Positions 10,343 through 20,904 are shown, counted from the stretch's first letter. The stretch: DNA of 64,000 bases from Candidatus Bathyarchaeia archaeon (GCA_038883775.1 JAVZLM010000009.1:18478-82477), one strand, 5' to 3'. The notes: generated by a model from the letters alone, not told the origin. A program made the numbers and translations.

Positions 10343-11581
10343 TCAGCCCACCACCGAATAACCTTCCAAACTCCACAAAGCCAAAATCGCCTGATAAGCA
10401 ACATTACCAACTAAAACCTGACGAATATCAGTGGCAACCCACTCTTTGCCAGAGGGATCATCTCCAAAAACTATTGGAAAAGCCATAGAGCTTAAACCCC
10501 AAGGCATTAAAACAACACCAGAGTCGCTAGGATTTGCGCTTTTTCTATAAGTGACAACCAAAATGCCAGGGTTATATGTGGGAATAATTATTTTTTCATA
10601 GGCGTGTTGGGGATCTTGACCATAGTTTAGTAAACCCACCTTCCCTACAGCCAACGGCATCTCTCGAAGTGCGAAATCCTCTGTAAGTAATACAAAAGTT
10701 GCATTGTAGGTTATAGCAGCTGGATTAGCTCCGCCATGAACATCCCAACTGTGCGCAAGAAGAACCTCTCCGCTTTCATTTCCAAAGTTAGAGACAAAAG
10801 GAATAACATAATTCTGTTTATATAATACATGCTCGTAATAACCAGTTCCAATCAACCCGCTGTGATGAGCGTAAACAATTAGCACATATGACTCATTTGA
10901 TTCATTCACACTTGAGAAACTCAATATTGCTGAACCTTCAGCGTTAGTGTAAGCGGTTCCATAATCTGTGGAGAAAGCTGGATACGGACCTTTACCTCCG
11001 GTCGGTTCGACTGTGATAAAGCAATAGCTAACAATTGCGTTATAAAGAGGAAAACCCGCCCCCTTAACATTCACGGAAAATGTCAACGGTTTAGATTGCA
11101 GTTTTGAAATTGTAACCGACACGATTGGCGTTATAGTTAATCGAAAACCGTAAGTTCCATTTATTCCAAGCAAACGCGATGCAAAAGAATAGTTAATTGC
11201 TTCATTAAATGATACAAGCAAGAAGTTGCCAAATCCCATAGTAATATTGCTATAATACTGTCCTGTCTTAGGGTAATAAACTGGCTTTCCTGCCGCAGAC
11301 ATTAAACGCATTAATGAGAAGGGACTAAGCCTATACTGCGTGAACTCTGGATCTTGCAATCCAAAACCATAAGGAGTACAATTGCTTTTACCCCAATTTG
11401 GTGGAAAGCCTGGATTTAGGAGCATGTTATCGAGGAGGTCGCTGCATTTTGTTGCAAGATATCTGTGGCGCTGATATAAAATGGCTGTTTGGATTGTCTG
11501 GTTGAAAAGACTTATGAAAATGAGTGTGGCTCCCAGAAAAATTGTTACGGAAACCAAGTGATCTATGGTTGAGCCGGCCAT
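10343..11581 (-). CDS. Minor pilin-like protein
   Basis: N-terminal hydrophobic helix, LLDNMLLNPGFPPNW..FGL motif seen in archaeal minor pilins; operon context. Confidence 0.65.
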   Translation of the reverse strand: MAGSTIDHLVSVTIFLGATLIFISLFNQTIQTAILYQRHRYLATKCSDLLDNMLLNPGFPPNWGKSNCTPYGFGLQDPEFTQYRLSPFSLMRLMSAAGKPVYYPKTGQYYSNITMGFGNFLLVSFNEAINYSFASRLLGINGTYGFRLTITPIVSVTISKLQSKPLTFSVNVKGAGFPLYNAIVSYCFITVEPTGGKGPYPAFSTDYGTAYTNAEGSAILSFSSVNESNESYVLIVYAHHSGLIGTGYYEHVLYKQNYVIPFVSNFGNESGEVLLAHSWDVHGGANPAAITYNATFVLLTEDFALREMPLAVGKVGLLNYGQDPQHAYEKIIIPTYNPGILVVTYRKSANPSDSGVVLMPWGLSSMAFPIVFGDDPSGKEWVATDIRQVLVGNVAYQAILALWSLEGYSVVG

Positions 11582-11587
11582 TTTTGC

Positions 11588-12070
11588 TTATCCTCCAAAA
11601 GAGAGGCATATGGTTCCATTCACGAATTTTTCAGCTTTTATGCATGCGTTTGTAGAATTGCTAATGAAAAGTGATTCACGCCACGTAACATTTTGACCCA
11701 AAATAACCGAAGTTTTAACCGTGATTCCAACAGTTCTCAGTTTAAGCGTTATCTCCAAAACTTTGCTTGAATTCAATGCAGGATCCAAAACAGTCTTCAA
11801 AGTCGCATTTCCAACATACGGATAATTCTCTATAAATGGCGGAACATCCGCCTTTTGCGTAATAGTTCCAGCCGATATAGAATCATGGTTTAAGGCAAAA
11901 TACACCTGCTGTATACTGCTTCCTAAATGGCTTGCAGCTTCCTGAAGCGCCAAGGTCCTACGAGAATCAATCCAAATATTCATAAGCCAACTTGCCGTCA
12001 AAGGAAAGAGGAAAATCTGCAAAATTAGAACTGGAACCATGATCACATATTCAATAGTTACATGCGGCAC
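11588..12070 (-). CDS. Minor pilin-like protein
   Basis: TIEY + hydrophobic helix; GGAGG RBS; operon context. Confidence 0.65.
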   Translation of the reverse strand: MPHVTIEYVIMVPVLILQIFLFPLTASWLMNIWIDSRRTLALQEAASHLGSSIQQVYFALNHDSISAGTITQKADVPPFIENYPYVGNATLKTVLDPALNSSKVLEITLKLRTVGITVKTSVILGQNVTWRESLFISNSTNACIKAEKFVNGTICLSFGG

Positions 12071-12082
12071 CCATAGCCCCTC

Positions 12083-12949
12083 CTAACCATGCAACCCTAA
12101 AGAAACAATCACCTCACTAGTGTAAAACTCGATAATGGAGCCGCTTGGAACATTCAACGTTTCTTCTATCTCATCAAAATTGAAGAAACTCTCACCAAAG
12201 CCTAAACTGCTCTTTGGAAAAGAAACACTTATCTTAACCGAATTAACACTAGCCATAGTTTTAACTGAAACATTCCTTCCCGTAAGAGTTACAGACTGAG
12301 AAAGACGAGGATTCGTCTCAGAAGGCTTAAGAACGGGCAAGTAAAATTTAAAATAATTTTTCACCCCTCCGCCAGCAGATATAGTCGAATTCAAAACCCT
12401 AATTATTGGGACCACAACAACCCTTATGTAATCGCCATCAGCCATAGGCAACTTCTCAACAACATAAACATAGCTTACAGGCGCTGAAGATCCAACTTGA
12501 AGGAAAGACTTGTCTGAAGGAAAGATGCTTTCATAATAGTTATTTCCAACAGAATATTTGCTTATGGGCATATTAAACAAAAGAATACCAGTAGTATAAC
12601 TTGCAAAGTAAACAGTTCCATTCACAAAAACAGTATAATTTAAAGCAGCACTTTCAAAATTAACCTGCCCATATTTGCTTGCGTAACGAACTGTTTGAGT
12701 ACGTCCAATAATCCAAGCCACATCGTCTATTTGAAGCCCAACCGTCTGCATAAATTGTTTTACAGCGCTAAACTCGTTCTCCGCCATCCTCGCAGTCAAA
12801 AAGTTGTTGGCAAATACAACAGCCACAAGAAGAAGCACAACTACAGCGCTTGTTAATATGACAGTGGAAATTGCTGGACTAACCCCTCGCTCGTCCTTTC
12901 TTAATTCGAATCTTACGGTTTTCTTAATTGTTTCTCCCTCCCTAACCAA
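12083..12949 (-). CDS. Type IV pilin-like protein
   Basis: DERG|VSPAISTVILTSAVVVLL class III signal. Confidence 0.8.
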   Translation of the reverse strand: MVREGETIKKTVRFELRKDERGVSPAISTVILTSAVVVLLLVAVVFANNFLTARMAENEFSAVKQFMQTVGLQIDDVAWIIGRTQTVRYASKYGQVNFESAALNYTVFVNGTVYFASYTTGILLFNMPISKYSVGNNYYESIFPSDKSFLQVGSSAPVSYVYVVEKLPMADGDYIRVVVVPIIRVLNSTISAGGGVKNYFKFYLPVLKPSETNPRLSQSVTLTGRNVSVKTMASVNSVKISVSFPKSSLGFGESFFNFDEIEETLNVPSGSIIEFYTSEVIVSLGLHG

Positions 12950-14642
12950 AACTTATAAACATGGGCACTAACTTCGCTGCCAAAACAGCAATAATCACCA
13001 GAACAGCAGCATGCTTAAAACCGGCAGCAACAGATTCCTCGCTGATTTTGCCAGCTACAATACCAATCAAATAGCTATGGAAAATACATGAAGTAGTAAA
13101 CGTCATTATTAGCGGAGTTAGGTCCTTTTTCTGACCAGTTTCAGCTACACCAAGTGTGCCTGATGTAAAGCCTATCATCATTGTTGTTGTTGCCACAAGA
13201 AGGATAGCCGCAAAATAGGGCATTAATATGTATGGGCGGACAGCCATTTTCTTCTCCTTTTCAACTTCCTGCGTTAAATTGTTGAATCTTGCCAGCGACT
13301 CTATCATTGCTATTGTTCCGCCGCCTACGTCTATTGTTTCAACAAGCAGAAACATGACAATCTGAGCCATCCAGCTTCGCATTCGCTTGACAAAATCCAT
13401 TATAACCTTTCTTACGGGCACGCCCCAACTGATTTCAGAACTTATTTTTCGCAGTTCTTTACTGAACTCGCCATAGTCTCGGTTGGAAAGGCTTTCAATG
13501 CATTTTTCTGGTGATAAGCCCGTCTTTCTGACCTCTGTTAAATCTCTGAGGAAGCTGTTGATGCCTTGTTCAATGCTTGCCTTCTTTTTAGAGAGCCTAC
13601 TGTTAACAACAGCTGCTGGCGCTGTGGCAACAAATAAGGATATGGCGATGGCAACGGGCAAGTCTATAATGTTTTGAAAACTGCTGAAAAGCGGTACTTC
13701 TATGAAACCTATAAAGTTCGTCAATAATAGAAACAATATTACGGCTAGGATGCTGCAAACTCCGAAAACCTTGTAGGGACGCGTTTCCACCACTGGCGTT
13801 TTTGGTTGCATGCTATGAGCCAAATAGATGAACATGAAAGAAAGCATGGGCGTGAATAAGTAAGTATACAAGATTATGCCAGAATACATGGATATGCCGA
13901 CACTGTATATGGATTCTACGCTGAATAGTATATAGAAGCAGAGAGACATCAAAACCATCACAATGATGAAAGTTTCTAAAAGCATTCCAAGTCTTTCAGC
14001 TGCAGCCTTAACACGCAAAGCCCTCGTTTTGAAAATGTCTTCAGCCTTTCTTTCAAGGAAATGTCCAATGTCACCGCCTATGATTACTGTTGAGGCATAG
14101 CCAGATAGGAAATCTTTGAAAATGTCAAGGGGATTTCTCTTTGCCGCATTCTCTATGGCAGAAAGTGGGTCTATGCCAAAGATTTCTACATCTTTTATTA
14201 TTTCCCTTGCTTCACTTCGCATGGCGGGCATTAATTCGACTTCAGCGAGTCGCTTAAAGCTTGTGTAGGGTGCTATGCCACCCGAAGCCATGACGCTGAT
14301 GTAAGCTGCTGCGAAAGGCATTTCCCTTTCAATGTTGCTTGCCCTTTCACCAGCCCTTGAGATTGGTATGAGAAGGAAGCCTATCATCACATAAAATGGA
14401 AGGGGTACGAGAAAGATTATTGGAATGAAACCGTAAAGGTAGAGAATAATTATTGATATTATTGAGATTGGAAGTGTTAAAACTGCAATGAAAAACATTA
14501 GGGAAACATAGGTTTGGGGGTAAATCTTGATTTTTGCCCTTTCAAGATAGTCCTTAAACTCGAGAACATGTTTTAGAAAGTAGGGGGCTGCTTTACCGAA
14601 TATGCGGAAGGACCAAGCTTCAAGGGTTTCTAGAAACGGCAA
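12942..14642 (-). CDS. Pilus membrane platform protein (TadC/ArlJ, two T2SS-F domains)
   Basis: Two T2SSF repeats (REMPFAAAY..MASGG; FLRDLTEVRKTGL), multiple TMs, adjacent to the ATPase. Confidence 0.9.
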   Translation of the reverse strand: MPFLETLEAWSFRIFGKAAPYFLKHVLEFKDYLERAKIKIYPQTYVSLMFFIAVLTLPISIISIIILYLYGFIPIIFLVPLPFYVMIGFLLIPISRAGERASNIEREMPFAAAYISVMASGGIAPYTSFKRLAEVELMPAMRSEAREIIKDVEIFGIDPLSAIENAAKRNPLDIFKDFLSGYASTVIIGGDIGHFLERKAEDIFKTRALRVKAAAERLGMLLETFIIVMVLMSLCFYILFSVESIYSVGISMYSGIILYTYLFTPMLSFMFIYLAHSMQPKTPVVETRPYKVFGVCSILAVILFLLLTNFIGFIEVPLFSSFQNIIDLPVAIAISLFVATAPAAVVNSRLSKKKASIEQGINSFLRDLTEVRKTGLSPEKCIESLSNRDYGEFSKELRKISSEISWGVPVRKVIMDFVKRMRSWMAQIVMFLLVETIDVGGGTIAMIESLARFNNLTQEVEKEKKMAVRPYILMPYFAAILLVATTTMMIGFTSGTLGVAETGQKKDLTPLIMTFTTSCIFHSYLIGIVAGKISEESVAAGFKHAAVLVIIAVLAAKLVPMFISFG

Positions 14643-16248
14643 TTGCTTTCACCTCCTCCCCGGCAACAACTTTTTCATAAATCTGTTTTGGTCGGGCATA
14701 ATATTCAGCGATGATTGCAGCTACATCTTTGTAGCTTCTAATGTTGCGTTCACGCATCCAGTGGAGAATTTCTTTGCGCCTATCTATCTCCTCAATTAGT
14801 TCCTTTTTACTGGCGCCAATGCGTTCAGAAATTGTTGACAACATCAAGCTTTTATCGAAGGCTGGTATGTGAGCGTCTTTTGTGGGGTGCCACTTGAAAG
14901 CACATCTGTAGTCTTCATAATCTGCGATTTCGTTGACATTAATTACACGCCTATACGCCTTCTTCTCAGCACCCTTTACCAAATGAACTCTTTGAATTGA
15001 CAATACGATGTTCATCAATGGGATGTAGGCGGGCGAAATGTCCATGGGCTTTGATGTTAAACGCTTAACAGCGGAGTCCAAGTTTTCAGCGTGCATTGTG
15101 CACATGCCGCCGTGCCCTGTGGCTAAAGCTTGAAAAAGCACATAGGCTTCTTGACCCCTCACCTCTCCCACAATCAATATGTCTGGTCTATGCCTCATGG
15201 AAGTCTTAACCAAGTCAAAGAGGGTTACTTCGCCGACGCTGCTTCCGCCTAAGCCATAGCTTTGTCTGGCAATGAGCGAAACCCAGTTTTCATGGGGAAG
15301 GTTAAGCTCTGCCGTTTCTTCTATTGTTACTATTTTGCTTCCAGGCTTAATTAGGCAAGCCAAAGCGTTTAGGGCTGTGGTTTTTCCAGCAGCCGTTCCA
15401 CCCAAAACCATAATTGAAGCCCTATTTTCAAGGCATAGCCAGAAGTAGGCTGCCATCTCCTCTGAAAATGTGCCCAAATTTATTAAGTCAATTATTGAGT
15501 AGGGGTCTTCCCTAAATTTCCTAATCGTGAAGGCGGTTCCGAAAGGTGTAACCTCACGTCTGTAACATACTGCAAGTCTATGCTTGCCTGGCAATGAGGC
15601 GTCTACTATGGGGAAGGCTGAGCTTACATGCTTTCCAGCCATGTGCACAAGTTTGACAACCATGTTGTCAAGTTCTTCATCATTTTCAAATTCCAAATTT
15701 GTTTCAATACTTTCATAGTTTCGATGCCAAACATAGACTGGTTTGTTAACTCCGTCGCATGAAATATCTTCGATGTTAGGGTCTCGCATTAAGGGGTCAA
15801 TTTTGCCGAAACCCACAAGGTCTCTTTCAGCGTGATAGAGAATTTTGTACCATGAAACGTCAGGCAGCCACCCCAGGCTTATACGATATTTATCAACGAT
15901 TTTTTTGGCTTCTTCTGCAAAGAATCTTCTTGGGTCAAGGACTTCCTCTTTTGGCGACTCTATTTCCGCCAATAAAATTTCTAATATGCGGTTGTAAACG
16001 CTTCTTTCGAGAGGGTCTAGCTGCAATTCGTCCAAGACGTACTTGTACTCGCCAGTTTTTGGGTACTGAACTATGGCTACATGGGCAAAGGGTTCGTAGA
16101 GTGGATATTTTTCCACAACTTTGAATCCTCTCGGTATGGGCTTTGGCGGTGGCGGAGGAATAACTACTTGTGGCTTTCGTTTAATGTTGAGTTTGATTCT
16201 TACTCTTTTGAGTTTGGTTAATGTTTCTTTGAGCTTCACTCGTACCAT
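14620..16248 (-). CDS. Type II/IV secretion (pilus assembly) ATPase, TadA/ArlI family
   Basis: Walker A GGTAAGKTT, IEETAEL, RHRPDILIVGEVRG, TGH...TMHA. Confidence 0.95.
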   Translation of the reverse strand: MVRVKLKETLTKLKRVRIKLNIKRKPQVVIPPPPPKPIPRGFKVVEKYPLYEPFAHVAIVQYPKTGEYKYVLDELQLDPLERSVYNRILEILLAEIESPKEEVLDPRRFFAEEAKKIVDKYRISLGWLPDVSWYKILYHAERDLVGFGKIDPLMRDPNIEDISCDGVNKPVYVWHRNYESIETNLEFENDEELDNMVVKLVHMAGKHVSSAFPIVDASLPGKHRLAVCYRREVTPFGTAFTIRKFREDPYSIIDLINLGTFSEEMAAYFWLCLENRASIMVLGGTAAGKTTALNALACLIKPGSKIVTIEETAELNLPHENWVSLIARQSYGLGGSSVGEVTLFDLVKTSMRHRPDILIVGEVRGQEAYVLFQALATGHGGMCTMHAENLDSAVKRLTSKPMDISPAYIPLMNIVLSIQRVHLVKGAEKKAYRRVINVNEIADYEDYRCAFKWHPTKDAHIPAFDKSLMLSTISERIGASKKELIEEIDRRKEILHWMRERNIRSYKDVAAIIAEYYARPKQIYEKVVAGEEVKAIAVSRNP

Positions 16249-16313
16249 TGTGTTTTCTCCTAATCAATTATTATGATATGTACGGTCTATTAAATATTGC
16301 GTCTCACGAAACT

Positions 16314-18980
16314 TTACTCCGAGCCCTCTTCTCCACCCGCAGAAATTTCAATAACCTTCAATTTAACGAGAACGACAAACACCACAGCAACAACCACTGG
16401 GACAAGGATTATCAGAAGCATTGTCATCCAAGGCAAACCCTCGCTGGGTTTTGCTTCTGGATTAACAATTACGGAAACTTGTTCTTCGCCGCTTACATAC
16501 CCGTATTTACTCGCATTAGCTGTCATATTGACGATTAGCGATATTGTTGTTTGAGGAGCAATGTAAACAAAGGTGCAATAGCCATTAACGTCTGACCAAT
16601 TTGCCATTATTGGAATAGTTCCACTGGTACAAGAAAGCGTAACCGAAGCATTAAAAACTGGAGCTTGGTTGCAACTGACATGCACAGTTACAATAGCAGA
16701 TTCTTCTGGAACAATTACTGGCTCAACTATGATTTCGATGTGGAGTATCCCCGGATTAACAGTTATGTTAAACTGCTTTTCTCCATCAACGTATCCATCC
16801 TTGACTGCTTTCGCTAGAAGCGTTATGTTGCATGCCACATCTACTGAAGGCGCCATGAAGGTGAAAGTTGCATTACCATCCTCCCCACTCAAAGCAAAAG
16901 TTGGAACGAAAACTCCCCCACTTTCAGATGTTAATGTTATATTCACTCCAGCAATCGGATTTCCTTCGTACGATACTTGAACTGTTACATTTACTCTTCC
17001 TTCAGAAATAGTTGTAGCAGGATTTGCAGTAACTTCAACAAAAAGAACTTTAGGTTCTATGGGTATTATACATAAGCCTTGTCCCTTTCCATAACCAGCT
17101 TTCGTAGCGATAACCAGAATAGTGCCGTTTATTTGAGTTAAAGTTTGAGAGGCTGTGAAATCAAAAATTGCCACACCGTTTGAGTCTGTTACGCTTGTTG
17201 TCGCTGAAAGGTTACCGTTCTCGGCAGACAGCACAAGCGAAACATTAGAAACTGGCTTTTCGAAATTATCCAACACTTGGATTGTGATGGTTGCCGTCTC
17301 TTCAGATTTAAGCGTATGCGGATCAGCACTCATTTGAACGGTAAGAGGTGGAAGAACCTTCAAATAATCGTAGGCTGAACCATCAGCGTAAGAAAGTTTT
17401 GAAGCTCTTGCGATGATTCTAACGTCCTCTATATCGGTGACATTTGGTGCTTTGAATATCGCAGTAAAGTAACCAGCCGAATCTGTTAAACCGCGTTGAG
17501 GCGTGAAAATTCCACCTTTTACCGAAAACAGTGTAATGTTTGCGCCTTCTACAGCGCTTCCATCATAGGAAACATAAACAGTAACTGAAACCTCTTCATT
17601 ATATTCTGTTGTATAATCACTAAGAGTAATTGACACATCCAACGATGGTAAGTTTACAACGTTTATTTCTGCAGTAGCAATGTTGCTGGTAGTATTGAAA
17701 TCATCTTTAACCATTAAACTCGCAAAGTATGTTCCTGTTGAACTATAATTGTGGAAGAAAAGAGATAAGGTTGTCCAACTGCTGTTGCTTCTATCTCCGA
17801 AATCGAAAAGATAATAGTTAACTTGCCCATCATCATATGAGTCAGCACCCACAAAAGTCACTGCTTGGTTAGGTGCAACCAAAACCTTATCTGTCCAAAG
17901 GATTGCCGTGGGAGGAGCATTCTCGTAATCGATGGGATGCGTTAAAAAGAAGATAAAATTAAGATTAGCTCCGTTTCCACCTACTTGATTTCCTTTCCCC
18001 CGCGGGTTTAATGTAGGATGATAAGGTCCGCTTTGGCTACCCCAATAATTGTACGTTGCATCTACAGAGGCTTCGGAAGAAACGTCCATACCTAAGTTGT
18101 TGCCAATTATGTCGTTAAAGTGGGCTATATGCCCCATTCCACTTTCATACATAACTCCAACATGATTGTTTAAAATGTGATTTCTTGTAATGTTGGTAAC
18201 AGCATCGCTTGATATGCAGAAGCCATAGTAGTTTTGGAAAACTGTGTTATTTACGATAACAGTGTTGCTGTAAGCGTCTGCTTCGCAGAGTATTCCGCTG
18301 TGCTGGTTAAAAGATATTTGGTTTTGAGTTATGCTCACTTTCGATGTTAAAACTCCATTTAGGATTATGCCTTCTCCATTGCCGCTTATAAGGTTATTAT
18401 GAACGCTAACCCGGCTGTTGCCGCTTATGAAAATTCCACCAGTGTTGTTTAACACTTTACAATTTTCAATATCTACATAACCATCCAAAATTGTAACTCC
18501 ATTTTCAGAATTGTATCTAATGGTGCTTTCTTGAATGTTCACATGACCATTTTCTACGGTTATTCCGTTCATTCCATATTCTATGATGCAATTTGAGAGG
18601 GAAGATTCTTGTGTGGAATTAAACTTGAGTGTTCCCCATTCGCCAGTTTTAGGTTCAAGCGTGTTTGAGGTAAACTTTATCGCTTTATTTTCTGTGCCTT
18701 CAGCAACGAGTCTGCCTTCTATGATTATGTTGAAAAATCCTCCAAAGCGCACTTCAACACCTGGTTCAATAGTTAAAGTTGCGTTGGAACAAACTATGGT
18801 TTCGTTTGAAATTATGAAGGGACTGTCGAAAAGCGTCCATATAGTGTCTAGCGTAATGTAGCCTTCAACATAAGTTGCTTTTACAGAAGGAAATAATATT
18901 ATATTTGCAAAACTGAAAATGCTAAAAATCAAAGTCAACAGAATAAAGTATACCCTAAATTGTTTCTGCATGTTTTTCAT
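16314..18980 (-). CDS. Membrane-anchored surface protein: right-handed beta-helix + PKD + repeated Ig-like domains
   Basis: Signal peptide, LTIEPGVEVRF, NYWG..GP motif, PKD (SYDDGQVNYYLFDFGD), ~4 Ig repeats, C-terminal TM. Confidence 0.8.
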   Translation of the reverse strand: MKNMQKQFRVYFILLTLIFSIFSFANIILFPSVKATYVEGYITLDTIWTLFDSPFIISNETIVCSNATLTIEPGVEVRFGGFFNIIIEGRLVAEGTENKAIKFTSNTLEPKTGEWGTLKFNSTQESSLSNCIIEYGMNGITVENGHVNIQESTIRYNSENGVTILDGYVDIENCKVLNNTGGIFISGNSRVSVHNNLISGNGEGIILNGVLTSKVSITQNQISFNQHSGILCEADAYSNTVIVNNTVFQNYYGFCISSDAVTNITRNHILNNHVGVMYESGMGHIAHFNDIIGNNLGMDVSSEASVDATYNYWGSQSGPYHPTLNPRGKGNQVGGNGANLNFIFFLTHPIDYENAPPTAILWTDKVLVAPNQAVTFVGADSYDDGQVNYYLFDFGDRSNSSWTTLSLFFHNYSSTGTYFASLMVKDDFNTTSNIATAEINVVNLPSLDVSITLSDYTTEYNEEVSVTVYVSYDGSAVEGANITLFSVKGGIFTPQRGLTDSAGYFTAIFKAPNVTDIEDVRIIARASKLSYADGSAYDYLKVLPPLTVQMSADPHTLKSEETATITIQVLDNFEKPVSNVSLVLSAENGNLSATTSVTDSNGVAIFDFTASQTLTQINGTILVIATKAGYGKGQGLCIIPIEPKVLFVEVTANPATTISEGRVNVTVQVSYEGNPIAGVNITLTSESGGVFVPTFALSGEDGNATFTFMAPSVDVACNITLLAKAVKDGYVDGEKQFNITVNPGILHIEIIVEPVIVPEESAIVTVHVSCNQAPVFNASVTLSCTSGTIPIMANWSDVNGYCTFVYIAPQTTISLIVNMTANASKYGYVSGEEQVSVIVNPEAKPSEGLPWMTMLLIILVPVVVAVVFVVLVKLKVIEISAGGEEGSE

Positions 18981-19123
18981 CTCTTAGTTAATCAAGTATC
19001 GCTATGCCACTAACAGTTTAAGCATTATGAATTTTGAATAAAACTTCAAAATCTGTAATAAACGTCTTAGCAAGAGATTTAATGCCGTAAGATAACAACC
19101 ATAAACAAAAAGGAGGAAAACCT

Positions 19124-19897
19124 TTGAAAAGTTTCACAGCCCTCGCCCTTAACAATTTTCCATTAATAAAATCAGGAGATAACGTAGCAAAGAAAATTGT
19201 CGAAACCGCCAGAAAGAATGGCTTAAAAATTGAGGATGGCGACGTAATAGTTGCTGCTCAAAAAATTTTCTCTAAAGCCGAGAAGAGAGTTGTCAAATTG
19301 AGGGATGTTGTTCCTTCAGAAAAAGCCAAGGAAATCGCAAAAATAACGGGTAAAGGACCGAAATTTGTTGAGCTTGTTCTTAAAGAAACAAAAAGAATAG
19401 TGAAGGCTTCCCGTGAAGTTTTGTTAGTGGAGGATAAACGCGGTTTAGTGTGCATAAACGCTGGAATAGACAAATCAAACGTGGAAGGCGCAGAAAACTT
19501 TGCATTGCTTCCACAAAATCCAGATGAATCAGCCCAAAAATGCCGCAAAGAAATAAAAAGACTGACGGGTAAAACCGTCGCCGTAATAATATGCGACACT
19601 TACAGTCGCCCATTCAAAAGGGGACAAGTAAACTTCGCCATTGGTTTGGCGGGCATAAGACCCTTCAAAGACTACCGTGGAAAAAGGGACCTTTTCGGAC
19701 AAATCTTAAAAGTTAAAAATGTTGCGGTTGCCGATGAGATTGCTGCAGCAGCAGAACTTCTCATGGGACAAGCGGATGAGGCAACACCAGTGGTTATTTT
19801 CAAAGGGTTAAACAACATCGTGCAATATTGTGAAAACTGCAGTGCAAGTGAGTTGCAGATTTCAAGGGAAGAAGACCTCTTTAAAGAGGCATTATAA
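19124..19897 (+). CDS. cofE: Coenzyme F420-0:L-glutamate ligase
   Basis: FPLIKSGD, KIFSKAE, NAGIDKSN, DTYSRPFKRG, ADEIAAAAELLMG. Confidence 0.9.
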   Translation: MKSFTALALNNFPLIKSGDNVAKKIVETARKNGLKIEDGDVIVAAQKIFSKAEKRVVKLRDVVPSEKAKEIAKITGKGPKFVELVLKETKRIVKASREVLLVEDKRGLVCINAGIDKSNVEGAENFALLPQNPDESAQKCRKEIKRLTGKTVAVIICDTYSRPFKRGQVNFAIGLAGIRPFKDYRGKRDLFGQILKVKNVAVADEIAAAAELLMGQADEATPVVIFKGLNNIVQYCENCSASELQISREEDLFKEAL

Positions 19898-20527
19898 ACC
19901 TTGCAAAAAGGGATTGTTAAGTTTCTCTTCACCAATGGTTGTTATAGGTCCGTGCCCAGGATAAACGATAAAATGGTCTGGCAAAGCTGCCAATTTCTTC
20001 AAGGACACCATCATATCTTGTTCGGAACTTTCTGGAAAATCTGTTCTTCCAATAGAACCCCAAAACAATGTGTCGCCAGTAAAAACCTCCCCCTCACCAA
20101 TAAGGGCTATCCCCCCGCGAGTATGACCAGGCGTATGCATAACCCTTAATGTTATTTTTCCAAATTTGACCAAAGCGCCCTCGTGCAGCATCACGTCTGG
20201 TTTTGGCGAGAAACTCCTAAAACCGAGAAAATGGGTAGCTATTTTGCCTCTTTCACTAAGCATGGGAGCATCAAACTCATGAATCAGGATGGGCACATTA
20301 AATTTTCCTTTAACAATACCGTTTCCGCATGTATGATCTGGATGCCCATGGGTGTTCAAAATAAACTTCAAAGTTAAAAATTTATCATTAACATAATTGA
20401 AAATTTTTTCTGCTTCACGGCTATTGTCAAAACCCGGATCTATGATTATTGCTTCCATTGTTTGCTTGCAGTTTACAACATAACAGTTCGTCATTAAGTC
20501 GCCAACAGTAAACAACTGTACTACCAT
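19892..20527 (-). CDS. MBL-fold metallo-hydrolase (glyoxalase II family)
   Basis: THGHPDH, HTPGHT, FTGDTLF..SIGRTD, YPGHG. Confidence 0.9.
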   Translation of the reverse strand: MVVQLFTVGDLMTNCYVVNCKQTMEAIIIDPGFDNSREAEKIFNYVNDKFLTLKFILNTHGHPDHTCGNGIVKGKFNVPILIHEFDAPMLSERGKIATHFLGFRSFSPKPDVMLHEGALVKFGKITLRVMHTPGHTRGGIALIGEGEVFTGDTLFWGSIGRTDFPESSEQDMMVSLKKLAALPDHFIVYPGHGPITTIGEEKLNNPFLQGL

Positions 20528-20626
20528 TTAAGTTCACCATTGAAGCCTAATTTTGTATTAATAGCTCTTCTGGTTTTGCTGCACGATAAACTTTACCGAA
20601 ATCATTAAGTTTTCAGAAAAACACAA

Positions 20627-20857
20627 TTGTTTATGGAGATTGGAGAATCTTTGAAGTTTCAAGAAATTGAAGAAGCATTTAGCCGCTTCAAAATATGTCC
20701 CAAATGTAACTCTAGAGAGGGATTTTGGCTTGGAATGAAACGTGATCATGTCTATGTTCAGTGCAAGAGTTGTGGAGGAAACTTTGAGCTTTTTGAAGTT
20801 TTCGCTTTTAATGAGAAGCATGAATTGCCTAAGCGATTGAAGTTTTTTAGGAAATAA
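20627..20857 (+). CDS. Small zinc-ribbon protein
   Basis: CPKC...CKSC. Confidence 0.65.
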   Translation: MFMEIGESLKFQEIEEAFSRFKICPKCNSREGFWLGMKRDHVYVQCKSCGGNFELFEVFAFNEKHELPKRLKFFRK

Positions 20858-20904
20858 ATGTGGGATGTTTTGATTTTATGTTCTAATTCTGAGTCAGAAC
20901 CTCT

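Noticed and set aside
6469-16248. Archaellum operon interpretation
   Set aside because: No arlH/arlF/arlG-like genes; pilins look like T4P pilins rather than archaellins
16248-16554. ORFs of 96 and 85 aa on +
   Set aside because: Overlap the surface-protein gene antisense; no RBS or motif support
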